NCBI GenBank assembly: GCA_017453305.1
Contig: JAFTKJ010000025.1
Location: forward strand, 392 to 64,391
DNA length: 64,000 nucleotides
Source: Clostridia bacterium
Lineage (GTDB): Bacteria; Bacillota; Clostridia; Oscillospirales; CAG-272
Direction: 5' to 3'
Both the position numbers and the translations under genes were made by a program. Shown one piece after another: positions 36,539 to 46,904 of the stretch (positions within the stretch are counted from its first letter, which is position 1; every line of letters starts with the position of its first letter). The notes under the pieces are model-generated. The model made no database searches. It saw nothing but the letters and a program-made list of their open reading frames with translations, and was not told the DNA's origin.

Positions 36539-38851
36539 TTATTGGCGTTGCAGATAAAGTGTGCGTTTGTTGATATTGGCGTGTGTCACTACTGTGGAGA
36601 TCAGGATGCAGATCAGGTGGTATGCACCGATAACAAGGGGGGAAAGTGTGACGTGGAGGGCGCAAGCCAATACCGTAGCACCGACAAAGCCGACCATGGT
36701 GGCAATCAATTGGAAAATAAAGGAAAAGCGTGTAGCGGAATGGGCTTTTTTTGCCGCATAGAGCGGATGCGCAATGCGCTCCTCACCGCTCAAAGAAACT
36801 GCGCCGCTATCGGAAATTTCCAGCATGGCGTTGGATTCGTACTTGCCCGGCTTGATCACGCGGATGGGAACCGCATCCGACAGACGCAGGTTTTGCAAAA
36901 AGCCTTCGTTGAGGCTTGGGTCGTAGGATTGGATCGCAATGGAGGTGTCAGGATCTGCAAGGCGCTCTGCGAGCTCCTCAAAGCGAGGGTTGAGAGCATA
37001 TTCGATCTCATAGCTGAGCTTCGGAATTCCGTCAATCGCAACGAATAAAACGCCTACGTTTGCAGGATGATTCAATGCGCGCTCGGCTGCTTCACGCGAG
37101 ATGCGTACACCGCAACGCTTCAAAAATTCAGCATCTCCCGCAATGACGTGATGTTGGTTGTCGATGACGGCTTCCACGCCCGTATCGGCAATGCGAACGA
37201 ATGCGACCGTGGGGTCGGGCGTTTTGGTGGCGGTTGCCTGACCGATCCTCTCAAGTGTTCCGCCAATCTTGCGGAAGAGAATACCGGCAAGCTTGAGGTC
37301 CTTGCGAAGATCGTCGCTCTGCCGCACCGAAAGCTCGGTACAGCTTTGTGCCGTGCAAAGACGGGCATCATTGAAAATGACGGTTTTGGATTCGCTGTAT
37401 TCCTCTACTGCTTCATTGCCGATCAGCGCCGCATTGTGATGAGTCAGAAGCTGATTGGCATGGCTGAGAGGAAGAAAGTAACCGATGCAAGCCGTGGTGG
37501 GAACACCGAGCGCGATCACTGCCATGAAGATTGTAAGCGCTTGCTCGAAATCTGCCGTCAGGGAGACGAAAAACGCAGAACAGAAGGCAAGAGCGATCGG
37601 AACGATCAGAAGCACGCGGAAGGGGTGGTGTGCGGCGCGCATGTTGTTGAAGCGGCGGAAAAAGCCGATCGTTTGTGCGGCGGTGTGCACGTGATAAAAG
37701 CTTTCGCCAAGATCGTCGTTAATGATCTTGATTAGCTTTTTGCCTTGCTTGAGCTTCTTTTTGCGCGGCTCGGTGGTTTCCAGCACCGTTTTGGGGGCAT
37801 CTGCAGAAATCAGTCGGAATACGCGCATTTCACTGCACAGACGCAACACGTCGCAGACGGAAAGTAACAAGAATGCTCCTGCGGCAATGCAGTTGACACG
37901 CAGCAACGGATACTGCAGGCAAAGTGCCGTAACGTCGTATAGTACGGTGAAGAACAGGGTGAGCGGGAGCGTAGAATATGGCGTGGGAGAGAGCTTGAGA
38001 AAGCTACGCATGCCCGCGTTGAGCTGGCGATAGGAAAACGCCGCCGTCGCGATGAGAAGAACCGTGGACAGAATGGGCAAAAGGAGGGGGTGCGCAATAT
38101 CAAAAGCCGCAAATCCCTCACCAAGAAGGTGGGGAACGTCTATCAAAAAGATGATCATTGTCAAAAGCGCGGTCATCAACGTGCGAAGGATCAAAAATTT
38201 GCGGTCGCGCATATAAGCTGCAATGATCTTCGATTTATTCTCGGCGGTGACGTTATCCTCTCCCAGATAGCCGAATGCGGTGCGGTATTGCTTGGTGTGC
38301 TCGCTTGCAAGGCGGTGCATTTGCTCATATTTCAGCTTTTTCAGGTTTTCATATCCCACAAGACGACCAAGCTCACTTTCGTAGCCCAGTTCAAACAGCA
38401 TGGCTACGTCATCCTCGGAAAATCCGCTCTTTTTGCAGATAAGCTCCATAGCGCCGAGGTTTTTCTCGGCTTGCTTTTCTCTGCGCAGGCGAAGGCGCTC
38501 CAACAAATTGCTTGGCTTTTGTTCTCCGGGGACAATTTCTTCAGGGGCATCTATCGGGATCTCCTCCGGATTTTCATCGTCGAGGATGACATCGTCCAAA
38601 ACTTCGTCAAGCGCCTCATCCTCGGATCTCTGTGCCTGCGGTATGCTTTTTAAGGGGCGCACCTTCTTTTTGACGGCAGGTTTTTTCAAAGCCGAGTTTT
38701 CCGTTTTTGCAGAGGAGGGGAGTGACGTATTGGGCGCGCGGCGCGTAGGTGTGGCGCGCTTGGGTGCCGCTTGCGGCGTTGTGGGGGATTGTTCGGTGTC
38801 TGCCTGCGCGCCGGGGGTGCGCTTGGGTACCGAATTGGAATCTTGTTTCAT
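36539..38851 (-). CDS. P-type ATPase homolog with degenerate catalytic motifs (probable pseudo-ATPase) and disordered basic N-terminus
   Basis: 770 aa; ~8 TM; ALTIFMAVIALGVPTTAC (no CPC), SKTVIFNDARLCT in place of DKTGTLT, VLFVAIDGIPKL in place of GDGxNDxP. Confidence 0.5.
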   Translation of the reverse strand: MKQDSNSVPKRTPGAQADTEQSPTTPQAAPKRATPTRRAPNTSLPSSAKTENSALKKPAVKKKVRPLKSIPQAQRSEDEALDEVLDDVILDDENPEEIPIDAPEEIVPGEQKPSNLLERLRLRREKQAEKNLGAMELICKKSGFSEDDVAMLFELGYESELGRLVGYENLKKLKYEQMHRLASEHTKQYRTAFGYLGEDNVTAENKSKIIAAYMRDRKFLILRTLMTALLTMIIFLIDVPHLLGEGFAAFDIAHPLLLPILSTVLLIATAAFSYRQLNAGMRSFLKLSPTPYSTLPLTLFFTVLYDVTALCLQYPLLRVNCIAAGAFLLLSVCDVLRLCSEMRVFRLISADAPKTVLETTEPRKKKLKQGKKLIKIINDDLGESFYHVHTAAQTIGFFRRFNNMRAAHHPFRVLLIVPIALAFCSAFFVSLTADFEQALTIFMAVIALGVPTTACIGYFLPLSHANQLLTHHNAALIGNEAVEEYSESKTVIFNDARLCTAQSCTELSVRQSDDLRKDLKLAGILFRKIGGTLERIGQATATKTPDPTVAFVRIADTGVEAVIDNQHHVIAGDAEFLKRCGVRISREAAERALNHPANVGVLFVAIDGIPKLSYEIEYALNPRFEELAERLADPDTSIAIQSYDPSLNEGFLQNLRLSDAVPIRVIKPGKYESNAMLEISDSGAVSLSGEERIAHPLYAAKKAHSATRFSFIFQLIATMVGFVGATVLACALHVTLSPLVIGAYHLICILISTVVTHANINKRTLYLQRQ

Positions 38852-38886
38852 GTTGCCTCCTTTCCGATATTTTGGATCGGGAAAAA

Positions 38887-39768
38887 TCAGTTTGTCGGGT
38901 GATGCTGGCGTGCCGCCTCGGCGAGCAGGATCGCCGCAGCGGTGGAAACGTTGAAGGAATTGACCTTGCCGTACATGGGGATGGAGACAATGGTGTCGCA
39001 GGTTTTTTGAACGATCTGCGAAACGCCGTTTCCTTCACTGCCGAGAATAATGGCGCAAGGACCTTTGAGGTCGGTGGAGTAAACACTCTGTCCGCCTGCC
39101 TCGGCGGCAAAGGTCCAAACGCCCACCTCCTTAAGTGCTTCAACGGTGGAGGCGATATTGGCGACCTTGGCAATGGCAAGATGCTCGACGGCACCTGCCG
39201 ATGCTTTTGTGACAAGCGGCGTCAAGCCTACGGCGCGGCGCTTGGGAATAATCAAGCCGTGCGCACCGCAGCACTCGGCACAGCGGATGATAGCACCGAG
39301 ATTATAAGGGTCTGTAATGCCGTCACAAATGACGATAAGGGGATCCTCGCCGCGCTCCTTTGCGATCTGCAAAATATCCTCCACCGAGCAATATTCCTTT
39401 TCTGCTGCATACGCAATCACACCCTGGTGGGGGGCAAAGCCCGCAATGGCATCCAGCTTGGGCTTGTCGGTTTCAATGACGGGAATGCCGCGCTCGATCG
39501 CTTGTGCGACCAGAACGACGATGGAGCCCGTGCGCTCACCGCGTTGTACCAACAGCTTATCAATGGCACGCTCGGATTTCAACAGCTCGCGTACGGCATT
39601 TCTTCCAATCACGGCACCGTTTTCGTACTCGCCGTGAATTCCGTTTTCCTCGTTTGAGGAGGGAACTTCCTTTTCCTTTGCTTCATAACGGGGTGCATGA
39701 TATTTTTTTTCATAGCCACGCTTTTCAGAGGAGGGGCGACGCGGTGCTTTGCTTTTCTTGTTTTCCAT
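38887..39768 (-). CDS. rlmB: 23S rRNA (guanosine-2'-O)-methyltransferase RlmB (SpoU/TrmH family) with ~55-aa basic N-extension
   Basis: 293 aa; SpoU_sub_bind + SpoU methylase motifs (IICDGITDPYNLGAIIR, GSEGNGVS). Confidence 0.85.
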   Translation of the reverse strand: MENKKSKAPRRPSSEKRGYEKKYHAPRYEAKEKEVPSSNEENGIHGEYENGAVIGRNAVRELLKSERAIDKLLVQRGERTGSIVVLVAQAIERGIPVIETDKPKLDAIAGFAPHQGVIAYAAEKEYCSVEDILQIAKERGEDPLIVICDGITDPYNLGAIIRCAECCGAHGLIIPKRRAVGLTPLVTKASAGAVEHLAIAKVANIASTVEALKEVGVWTFAAEAGGQSVYSTDLKGPCAIILGSEGNGVSQIVQKTCDTIVSIPMYGKVNSFNVSTAAAILLAEAARQHHPTN

Positions 39769-39918
39769 AAATACGAGCTTGTCCTTTCTGATATCAATCA
39801 GTTTATTTCCTTATAATTATAACATGAAATTTCATTTTTGTATAGGGGATTTTGAAAATTTATTCTCTTTTCGCTCCTTTTTCGTTCGACAAGGGATGAC
39901 AGCACTTCTAAAAATAGG

Positions 39919-39956
39919 GGAGCAGAATGCAAAACGCATTCTGCTCCGAAATTTTT
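39919..39956 (-). terminator. rho-independent terminator
   Basis: gagcagaatgc-aaaac-gcattctgctc with T-runs. Confidence 0.55.
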
Positions 39957-39961
39957 GCTTT

Positions 39962-40510
39962 TCAGTTGGCGCTCAGCTCGTCCAGGTGTGCACGGATGTA
40001 AACTGCGAGATAGTCCTGGATCATGGGATATTCGTAAAAGGTGTCGGTAAAACCAATTAAGGGATAATCCTCGCTCAGCTTTGCCGCTTCTGCCTCGGAG
40101 TAGTCACCGTGTGCGGCAATCTTTTCGGGATCCAGACCGTTGACGTAGAGGAACTTGGTATAAAGCATTTTGTGGTCGTGTGCACCAATCGCACCAAGTG
40201 CGTCACCAACGAACGGTGCGATCTTGCGGGATTCCTCGGTCAAAAAGAATTGCAAGCCTCCTTCCATTATCTGGGATTCGTACCAGTACGTCAAAAAGAC
40301 GTTCTTTTCGGCGGTGTTGAAGGTTGCAAGCGCATCTTTGACGTCTGCAAACGCTTCGGATCTTTGAGACAAGGGCATGAATACCAAAGAGGGAAGATCC
40401 GCATTGGAAGCGCTGTTCAAATCAACGGTTTCCTCTGCCGGTGCTTCCTCGGGGAGCGTAATGACCTCGGGCTCTTTTTTCTTTTCCTTTTTCTTGAAAA
40501 AACCAAACAT
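39962..40510 (-). CDS. DUF4375/DMP19-like hypothetical protein
   Basis: Start MFGFFKKKEK (RBS gaaaggag); EGGLQFF motif reminiscent of DUF4375; low confidence. Confidence 0.4.
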   Translation of the reverse strand: MFGFFKKKEKKKEPEVITLPEEAPAEETVDLNSASNADLPSLVFMPLSQRSEAFADVKDALATFNTAEKNVFLTYWYESQIMEGGLQFFLTEESRKIAPFVGDALGAIGAHDHKMLYTKFLYVNGLDPEKIAAHGDYSEAEAAKLSEDYPLIGFTDTFYEYPMIQDYLAVYIRAHLDELSAN

Positions 40511-40530
40511 GATAAAGTCTCCTTTCAAAA

Positions 40531-41328
40531 TTATGCAATTTCTTCAAGCATGTTTTTTGCCTGTTGTACGACGTAGAGAGAGGGGGGATAGGACGCCGCG
40601 CGCGTCAAATGTTTTTTTGCGTTTTCGAAATCCTTTTGCGCAAAATAGATCTGCCCCAAGAGAAATGCCGTTGAGAGATCCTGGTGTGCGCACGAGGGAG
40701 AGAGCCTTGCGGCAAACGCCATGGCGCCGTCGGGGTCATCATGCCGCAGTCTTTCTTCGGCTTGCGAAGAGAGAAGACTGTACTCCAGCTGCTTGAGCTG
40801 CTTTGGATTCTTGATTGATTCAAGCATCTGCAAGGCTTTTTTGTGATAAAGATCTGCGCTTTCGTATTTGTTCAAAACGTGGCAGTAGTACGCCAGATTG
40901 TTGTAATAAATGGCTTTTACGGTGGGCAATGTCCCCGCGAATTTGTCAATGTTGATCTCGGACATCACCTCATATGCTCGTGCGTGGTCTCCCAATTCGC
41001 TCAGGGCAAGGGCATAGTCAATCAGGTAGACGTGCGTGGTAGAGCTTTCGCGTCGATGCTTTAAGCCTTCTTCCGCCTCATGCAACAGCGGCAGGGGATC
41101 GCAACGCTCATTGAGGGCTTTTCCTGCAATGGCGAGCAGTTGATTGGATGCGGATTCGCAAAAGCAGTACGTGCAAAGGATCATAAACAGAACCACAGCG
41201 ATAATCACCCACGGAGCGGCTTGGATAGATGCCAGCATGTACGTGCAGATGCCACACAAAAACAGATCGAACAAAAGATTGCAAAGCAAGCGATGTCGTG
41301 AGACAAAACGGTAGAATGAAGCATTCAT
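40531..41328 (-). CDS. membrane-anchored TPR-repeat protein
   Basis: 265 aa; N-terminal TMs, TPR-like AxxAxxxY repeats. Confidence 0.45.
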   Translation of the reverse strand: MNASFYRFVSRHRLLCNLLFDLFLCGICTYMLASIQAAPWVIIAVVLFMILCTYCFCESASNQLLAIAGKALNERCDPLPLLHEAEEGLKHRRESSTTHVYLIDYALALSELGDHARAYEVMSEINIDKFAGTLPTVKAIYYNNLAYYCHVLNKYESADLYHKKALQMLESIKNPKQLKQLEYSLLSSQAEERLRHDDPDGAMAFAARLSPSCAHQDLSTAFLLGQIYFAQKDFENAKKHLTRAASYPPSLYVVQQAKNMLEEIA

Positions 41329-41500
41329 GTAAAGGACTCCTTGCTGTTGTTTTTTTTATTATAGCACATTTTTTTGCATTTGTCTACCTTTATCGTGTTT
41401 TTTTGCAGTTGTGTTTTATAATTCTATTGAGAAAAAGGCGAGTTTCACGAAAATAGGGGCTGAGTGCAAACTCAGCCCCTAAAAAATTCATTATTTCCCG

Positions 41501-41570
41501 AAGTATCTCTCGAGCAGCCCCTTGAAAGCCTTGCCGTGACGAACTTCGTCGTGGTATTTTTTTACAGAAT
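41501..41570 (-). pseudogene. remnant of rubrerythrin 3' end (~20 codons)
   Basis: Minus-strand ...[20 protein letters not shown] vs intact rubrerythrin C-terminus ...[18 protein letters not shown] at 46905; followed by hairpin terminator 41455-41490. Confidence 0.6.
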
Positions 41571-41633
41571 ATAACGAAAAATACTTATGCTGTAAGCTTT
41601 TTTGAACCCCTAATGCTTAGATTTATACATTCA

Positions 41634-43154
41634 TCAATACGGATTGCTCGGGAACATCTTGTAGGTATCAAGCATTTCGGGAGTGTTTCCGATGAGCTTA
41701 ACCCCGGTACTGTTCTTGGGATCGGTAGGATAAACTCTACGGCAGATCGCTTGACGCTTGTTTGCATAAACTTCTATCACCGACTTATCAATAAGAATAT
41801 CAAGCGAAAGCTTCTCACCTGCGCGAAGCTCAAATGGGGCTTCTTCTCTTACGCGCCAGCCCTCTTTTCCGCTGTGGGTGGTGTCCATTACGAGTTTCTT
41901 TTCCTCAGGAGAGTAATAGATCTCCGTATATTCCTTACCGTCGGGGCTGATGCGAACGGTAACACCTGCTTTTTTATTACCACTCCACTTGCCCTTGATC
42001 CTGCAAGCAGTACCGTCTCCAACCTTTACGGTGTCACCATCTGCAGAAGTATATGCAATGTGACCGTACTGAAGATGATCGATTTCAGATACAGGAGCTT
42101 GCTTCAGCTCACCGTCCTCGTACCATACGTTACGCGGAATTCCAAAAACGCCGCTCCAACCAAAGCGATTGAAATCGTTGGGGAGATTGTCGCGCAACCA
42201 AGTCCAAACGATCTGTCTGTTTTTGCCGTCTACAAGCGCCTCGGGAGCAAAATACGCGCTGTCCTTCCAGCTCATTCTGCCGTGCTGCTCAGGAATAAAT
42301 TTCTCTCCGTCCATTCCGCCAATATAATACTGACAGCCCTTGTTGTGGGAAATGAAAATTTGCAAATACTTGCCCGTGAATGCGCCGTTCTCCTCTGCAT
42401 CGTACAAGGGCAGGAAGGAGGGACACATATCGTCCTCGGTTTCGTCGGGCCAATCCTCCACACCCTTGCGGTTGTTCTCGTAAAAGCGACCGACGTACTC
42501 CCATTTTTTCAGATCGTCCGAGCGGAACAGGTCGGTATAATCTCCTTTGTATTTGGGAAGAGAGTCCGGTTTTCTGCCAAAACAGCCGAGCACGCAACCA
42601 TTGCCCGCCTGCACATAATATTTGCCATTCGCCTTCCAGATATTGGAGGGATCGGCGCTTCCAACGTAAACGCTCTCGCCGTTTACCTCTACCTTGGTAA
42701 CGCCCCACATATCAGGAGTAGATTCGATAGCAATTTTCTCCATGCGCTCCCAAACGTCATATGGAGGCTTGGAATAAGCGATGGCAATACCGCCATTATC
42801 CTTGTTCTTATCGACCGCCCCAAACTTCCAAAAGCTGATGTAAGCCGTACCGTCATCGTCAACAAATCCTCCGCCGCTGAAGCATCCGCGGTCGCCCTCG
42901 TTCTGAGTCAGAGCATCGGGATGATTGCGCCAATGGAGCAGATCAATGCTGGAGAGATGTCCCCAATGGAAAGCCTCGGTCTCGCAATTTTTGTAAAGAT
43001 ACATAAGGTGATATACCCCGTCAGCGAAGAATGCGCCATTGGAGTCTCCGGGAATTCCCAGATCGTCCGGGATCGCAAAATGATAAGTAGGTCGATATTC
43101 GTCAGCTAAAAGACGGTCGCGGTAACTTCTTGTAAGTAATACTTCTGCTTTCAT
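41634..43154 (-). CDS. glycoside hydrolase family 32-like (5-bladed beta-propeller) protein
   Basis: 506 aa; YRPTYHFAIPDDLGIPGDSNGAFFADGVYHLMY matches GH32 N-terminal block (RPxYHFxP...NDPNG...YHLFYQ). Confidence 0.6.
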   Translation of the reverse strand: MKAEVLLTRSYRDRLLADEYRPTYHFAIPDDLGIPGDSNGAFFADGVYHLMYLYKNCETEAFHWGHLSSIDLLHWRNHPDALTQNEGDRGCFSGGGFVDDDGTAYISFWKFGAVDKNKDNGGIAIAYSKPPYDVWERMEKIAIESTPDMWGVTKVEVNGESVYVGSADPSNIWKANGKYYVQAGNGCVLGCFGRKPDSLPKYKGDYTDLFRSDDLKKWEYVGRFYENNRKGVEDWPDETEDDMCPSFLPLYDAEENGAFTGKYLQIFISHNKGCQYYIGGMDGEKFIPEQHGRMSWKDSAYFAPEALVDGKNRQIVWTWLRDNLPNDFNRFGWSGVFGIPRNVWYEDGELKQAPVSEIDHLQYGHIAYTSADGDTVKVGDGTACRIKGKWSGNKKAGVTVRISPDGKEYTEIYYSPEEKKLVMDTTHSGKEGWRVREEAPFELRAGEKLSLDILIDKSVIEVYANKRQAICRRVYPTDPKNSTGVKLIGNTPEMLDTYKMFPSNPY

Positions 43155-43166
43155 CTTTTTTCTCCT

Positions 43167-43931
43167 TTATGCTTTTATGATTTTTACGTACCCGGAATAA
43201 GTTGCAAGCACCTCGTCTGAAATTCCTGAATCGGTTACGATTACGTCAATATCGCAAAGCCGACAGATTTTTTCCATAGCCTTTTTTTGGAACTTGGAGT
43301 GATCGCACACCAAAATTTTGGTTTTGGCAGCGGCTATGATCGCCTTTTGAAGCGGTGTGTGCATGGGATACGGGGTTGTGATACCATCCTCAACGGAAAC
43401 GCCGCTGGCACCTACGATGCATACGTCTACATTTAAGGAGGAAACAAACGCCTCTGCCTGCGCACCGACAAACCCGCGAGATGCAGGAAAATAATAGCCG
43501 CCGCTACAATAGAGAATACTTTTTTCATATCCGCCGAGAATTGCGGCAGTTTCCATTCCCGTGGTGTAGAAGGTGTATTTTTTTGCGGGATCGAAAAAAC
43601 GTGCGCATTCCATTGCGGTCGTGCTGTTGTCAAAAATCACCGACTGCCCATCGGCGATCAGCGATGCCGCCTTAATTCCGATCAAACGCTTCTCCTCAGC
43701 ATAAAAATCCGTATTCTCGCGATCGGCATTTTCAATATAAACTACCGCGCCTCGCTTTTTATATACGTAATTCTGCTTTTGGAGTGCATCCACGTCACGG
43801 TGTATCGTCATTTCCGAAACACCCAGCGCCGTTGCCAGCGCTTTGATCGTGATCTCTCCCTCGCATTCTGCCCTTTGCAGAATTTGCTTTTGTCGTAAAT
43901 TCAAGTTACTTCCCTCCAGATAATGCATCAT
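43167..43931 (-). CDS. DeoR/GlpR-family transcriptional regulator
   Basis: Start MMHYLEGSNLNLRQKQIL 3 nt after upstream stop; HTH + sugar-phosphate-binding DeoR C-domain. Confidence 0.8.
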   Translation of the reverse strand: MMHYLEGSNLNLRQKQILQRAECEGEITIKALATALGVSEMTIHRDVDALQKQNYVYKKRGAVVYIENADRENTDFYAEEKRLIGIKAASLIADGQSVIFDNSTTAMECARFFDPAKKYTFYTTGMETAAILGGYEKSILYCSGGYYFPASRGFVGAQAEAFVSSLNVDVCIVGASGVSVEDGITTPYPMHTPLQKAIIAAAKTKILVCDHSKFQKKAMEKICRLCDIDVIVTDSGISDEVLATYSGYVKIIKA

Positions 43932-43933
43932 TT

Positions 43934-46768
43934 TTAGTAAACGTATCGGATTTTGAGCTCGCAGAAGGCTCGCGGTCCGATGCCTCCTGCGCAAGATTTG
44001 ATCCACGCAACCATCTCTCGGTGCACAAAAATATTCAAGCGGCGATTTCCTGTTCTGAACGTTCCCTGCCAAGCATTCAGCTCCGCATTGTATGACAGCG
44101 CAGGCATGCTCGGCTTTGTCGGCAAAATACAGTAAACAGCCTCGATTTGCTCGCGCGACACACCTGTTTTTACCGTGACGGTGTATTCGCAGTCGGTATC
44201 GTTGATGACGTCGGGTGTCACCTCAAGACTGTCGATGAGCAACCGATCATCGGTATGAAGCCTTGACGTTGACACAAGCTCATCCATCACAAAACGCTCA
44301 GCCTCCAACCCGTTACAGCACTCCGGATATCCGATATACATGCCCAAAAAGCTGTTTTGCGCCAAACCGTCGATCTCTAACTCGATCTCATTCGTAGCAT
44401 CCCATCGCACGTAATCCTCGATATAGGCATAGCGCACAAAGGGGATATTTTTTAAATAGAATATCTCCATCGGAACGCGCGCACCGTTGATTCGCAAGGA
44501 AACCTCACGCGGCATAGAAATGCCCGCAAACGGAAGGTATGCCAGCAATCTGTTTGGTATGGCGGCAAGAAGATTGAACGGTAGCTTCTGCTCTCGCCAC
44601 TCTCCCATTTTTTCAAGAATCAAGGCTTTGTTTGGAACAGGAACAGCTTGCAAAACCTCCTTCAGCGCACCGTTAAAGCGCGCCGATGCGGAAACGGTGA
44701 TTTTTTCAAATGAGGCGTGTTCCATAGGAGTAAGCACACTCCCATCCGCTCCGTAAAAACGATCGATTTTGTGACCGTAAGACGGAAGCTCCGCAATGTG
44801 CCGCCCCCCTTTTGTATCCGTCATTTCCAAGACCAATGCCCCGTAGGGCGGCAACGTAACCTCCAACGTATCTCCTTTTTTGTAAGCTCCGCCGTAGTCG
44901 ACCGCCTCGTTTTCAAAATCCGCGTTTTCGCAGTACAAAATACGCAAATAAAAGCGTTGATCGGTTGCGACCCCGATTTTTTGATCCAATACCACTCGCT
45001 TTTTGATACTCAGCGGAGAGGAGTTGAACAAAAAGATCTGACCTCTTTCCCCATCGATACGCGCAAAGCCGTCGACCGTACCGTCCGCCACGTTATTGGA
45101 AAGCGGCGTTACGTATTCACAAAAACGGTAATTTTGCTTTGCCCAATCGATCCACTTATCATAAAATGCCGTCATTCCGGGCACGTTTTCAAGACGATCG
45201 GGCAAATTGCAATGCGTTACGCTGCCACAGCAGGCAATTGCCGACAGTAAGGAATATTTCCAGCCGATCAGGTCGTTTGCTCTGTCAAGCGCAGAATCAA
45301 AATACATCTCACCCATACGCGTCACAAGACCGTGCCCGATATGCGGCGGCAAAAAACGATAGTTCATGCTCCACAGATTTTGCAAGCGCGTTCCGTGCGC
45401 ATTGATTCGGTAATCGTCAAAATCGCTGTGCAGGGTCGCTCCCGGAAGAAGCGTTTGCTCCCAATAGACCTCTTGCTGTGAAAAATACCGAAAGCCCCAA
45501 AATCCGTACTCCTTTCTGCCGTAAAAGGATTGCAAAAAGAGGCGCGGAAAGCGTTCTCTGATTCTTTGAAGCAGCTTTTGCGAATTTCTCCAGCCCTTGT
45601 ACTCCCCCTTCCCGGGGAGATGTCCGTGATTTTCGGCATAGCAGTCGTTGCCGTTTCCGGGGCCCGGGTCCCAAGCCCAATATCCAAGATCGTATTTGGA
45701 AATGGTGTTTGCTTGCACCGTGTACCACCAATCCAGATATTCGTCACAGGCAAGGCAGTTCTCGCTTGCAACGTTTCCAAAGATGTCCTTCTTTTTCCAC
45801 TCTGTTTTGTGGGGCATGAAGGGCAACAATGCCGCGTTTCCGCCCTCGCCGTTAAAGGCGCATCCCATATAATATCCGCATCGAAGCCCCTTTTGCACGG
45901 CATGATCAAAAATTTTTTGTGCCGCAGAACCTTGTGGCAACAGCTCCCAATACGGCTTTTCTTCCGTGGGGAGCGTTGTTTTTATGTGTGGATTAAAGGC
46001 AATGATATCTCCCTTTAACCGATGAAACCGATCGATGGTGTCAAAATAATCTGCGATTTCCGCATCCGTTTGAGGGTATTGCTTTTTGGGATAGAAAAAG
46101 AAATACAAAATATTATCAAATTCTCTTTCCATCACGTTGAGATATTCCCAAACGTACGCACGCATCGCCTTGATTTCAGACAGATCAAGCGCAACTCCAT
46201 CGCAGGGATTAAAAAAACGTTGGCGCATTCTTCCACTCTGCATAGCCTCTATGTTCAGCGCCTCTTGCCCCGACACAAGCACGCCACTGCATATATATTC
46301 CCCAATGAATTGCGGTTCGCTCTCGTAATCCTCACCCGCCTTCAAAATCAAGGACGGCTGATAGGAAAGCAGGATTTCACCATCCTCCTTACACGCAGTG
46401 AAAAACGGATTTTCAATGCCCGTGTAAAAGCCACGCTCGCCGCATCGCACAAACGCCGCGGCAGGTGCGTTGATGAACGTTTTATAAAAAACGAATTCCG
46501 TTCTCTCCTTTGGTGTGGGGATGCAAAATTTGACGTCATAAAGGATCATATCCCGCTTGCACGCAATACGCAAGCTTTTGTAAGCCGTTTTGCCGCCCTT
46601 GCACTTGATTTCAACCGTCAAATTTGCAAAATCATTCTCATACTGCATCTGTGAATGAGATAATTGCTCTGTCCCGCCAAGGGTAACCGTTCCCCAATCG
46701 GTACAAACGCAGACCCGACCCGAAGCAAGCAGTGCTTCCGAATTTGTCATTCTCGCACCTCCCAACAA
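43934..46768 (-). CDS. 944-aa cytoplasmic protein of unknown function (possibly carbohydrate-active)
   Basis: Long intact ORF co-oriented and translationally coupled with DeoR and GH32 genes; no signal peptide; no motif recognised. Confidence 0.5.
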   Translation of the reverse strand: MLGGARMTNSEALLASGRVCVCTDWGTVTLGGTEQLSHSQMQYENDFANLTVEIKCKGGKTAYKSLRIACKRDMILYDVKFCIPTPKERTEFVFYKTFINAPAAAFVRCGERGFYTGIENPFFTACKEDGEILLSYQPSLILKAGEDYESEPQFIGEYICSGVLVSGQEALNIEAMQSGRMRQRFFNPCDGVALDLSEIKAMRAYVWEYLNVMEREFDNILYFFFYPKKQYPQTDAEIADYFDTIDRFHRLKGDIIAFNPHIKTTLPTEEKPYWELLPQGSAAQKIFDHAVQKGLRCGYYMGCAFNGEGGNAALLPFMPHKTEWKKKDIFGNVASENCLACDEYLDWWYTVQANTISKYDLGYWAWDPGPGNGNDCYAENHGHLPGKGEYKGWRNSQKLLQRIRERFPRLFLQSFYGRKEYGFWGFRYFSQQEVYWEQTLLPGATLHSDFDDYRINAHGTRLQNLWSMNYRFLPPHIGHGLVTRMGEMYFDSALDRANDLIGWKYSLLSAIACCGSVTHCNLPDRLENVPGMTAFYDKWIDWAKQNYRFCEYVTPLSNNVADGTVDGFARIDGERGQIFLFNSSPLSIKKRVVLDQKIGVATDQRFYLRILYCENADFENEAVDYGGAYKKGDTLEVTLPPYGALVLEMTDTKGGRHIAELPSYGHKIDRFYGADGSVLTPMEHASFEKITVSASARFNGALKEVLQAVPVPNKALILEKMGEWREQKLPFNLLAAIPNRLLAYLPFAGISMPREVSLRINGARVPMEIFYLKNIPFVRYAYIEDYVRWDATNEIELEIDGLAQNSFLGMYIGYPECCNGLEAERFVMDELVSTSRLHTDDRLLIDSLEVTPDVINDTDCEYTVTVKTGVSREQIEAVYCILPTKPSMPALSYNAELNAWQGTFRTGNRRLNIFVHREMVAWIKSCAGGIGPRAFCELKIRYVY

Positions 46769-46904
46769 TTTTGATTTATTATATTATATCACATAAAAAT
46801 AACATTGTCAACATTTTTTGTTATAATTGCAGAATTTAACGCGCAAAAAGGGAGCAAGGCGAACCTCACTCCCTTTTAAAAACTTAGCTTAAATGGCTAT
46901 TTTC

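Noticed and set aside
41585-41767. 60-aa minus ORF
   Set aside because: Overlaps the 3' end of the GH32-like gene out of frame; no RBS.
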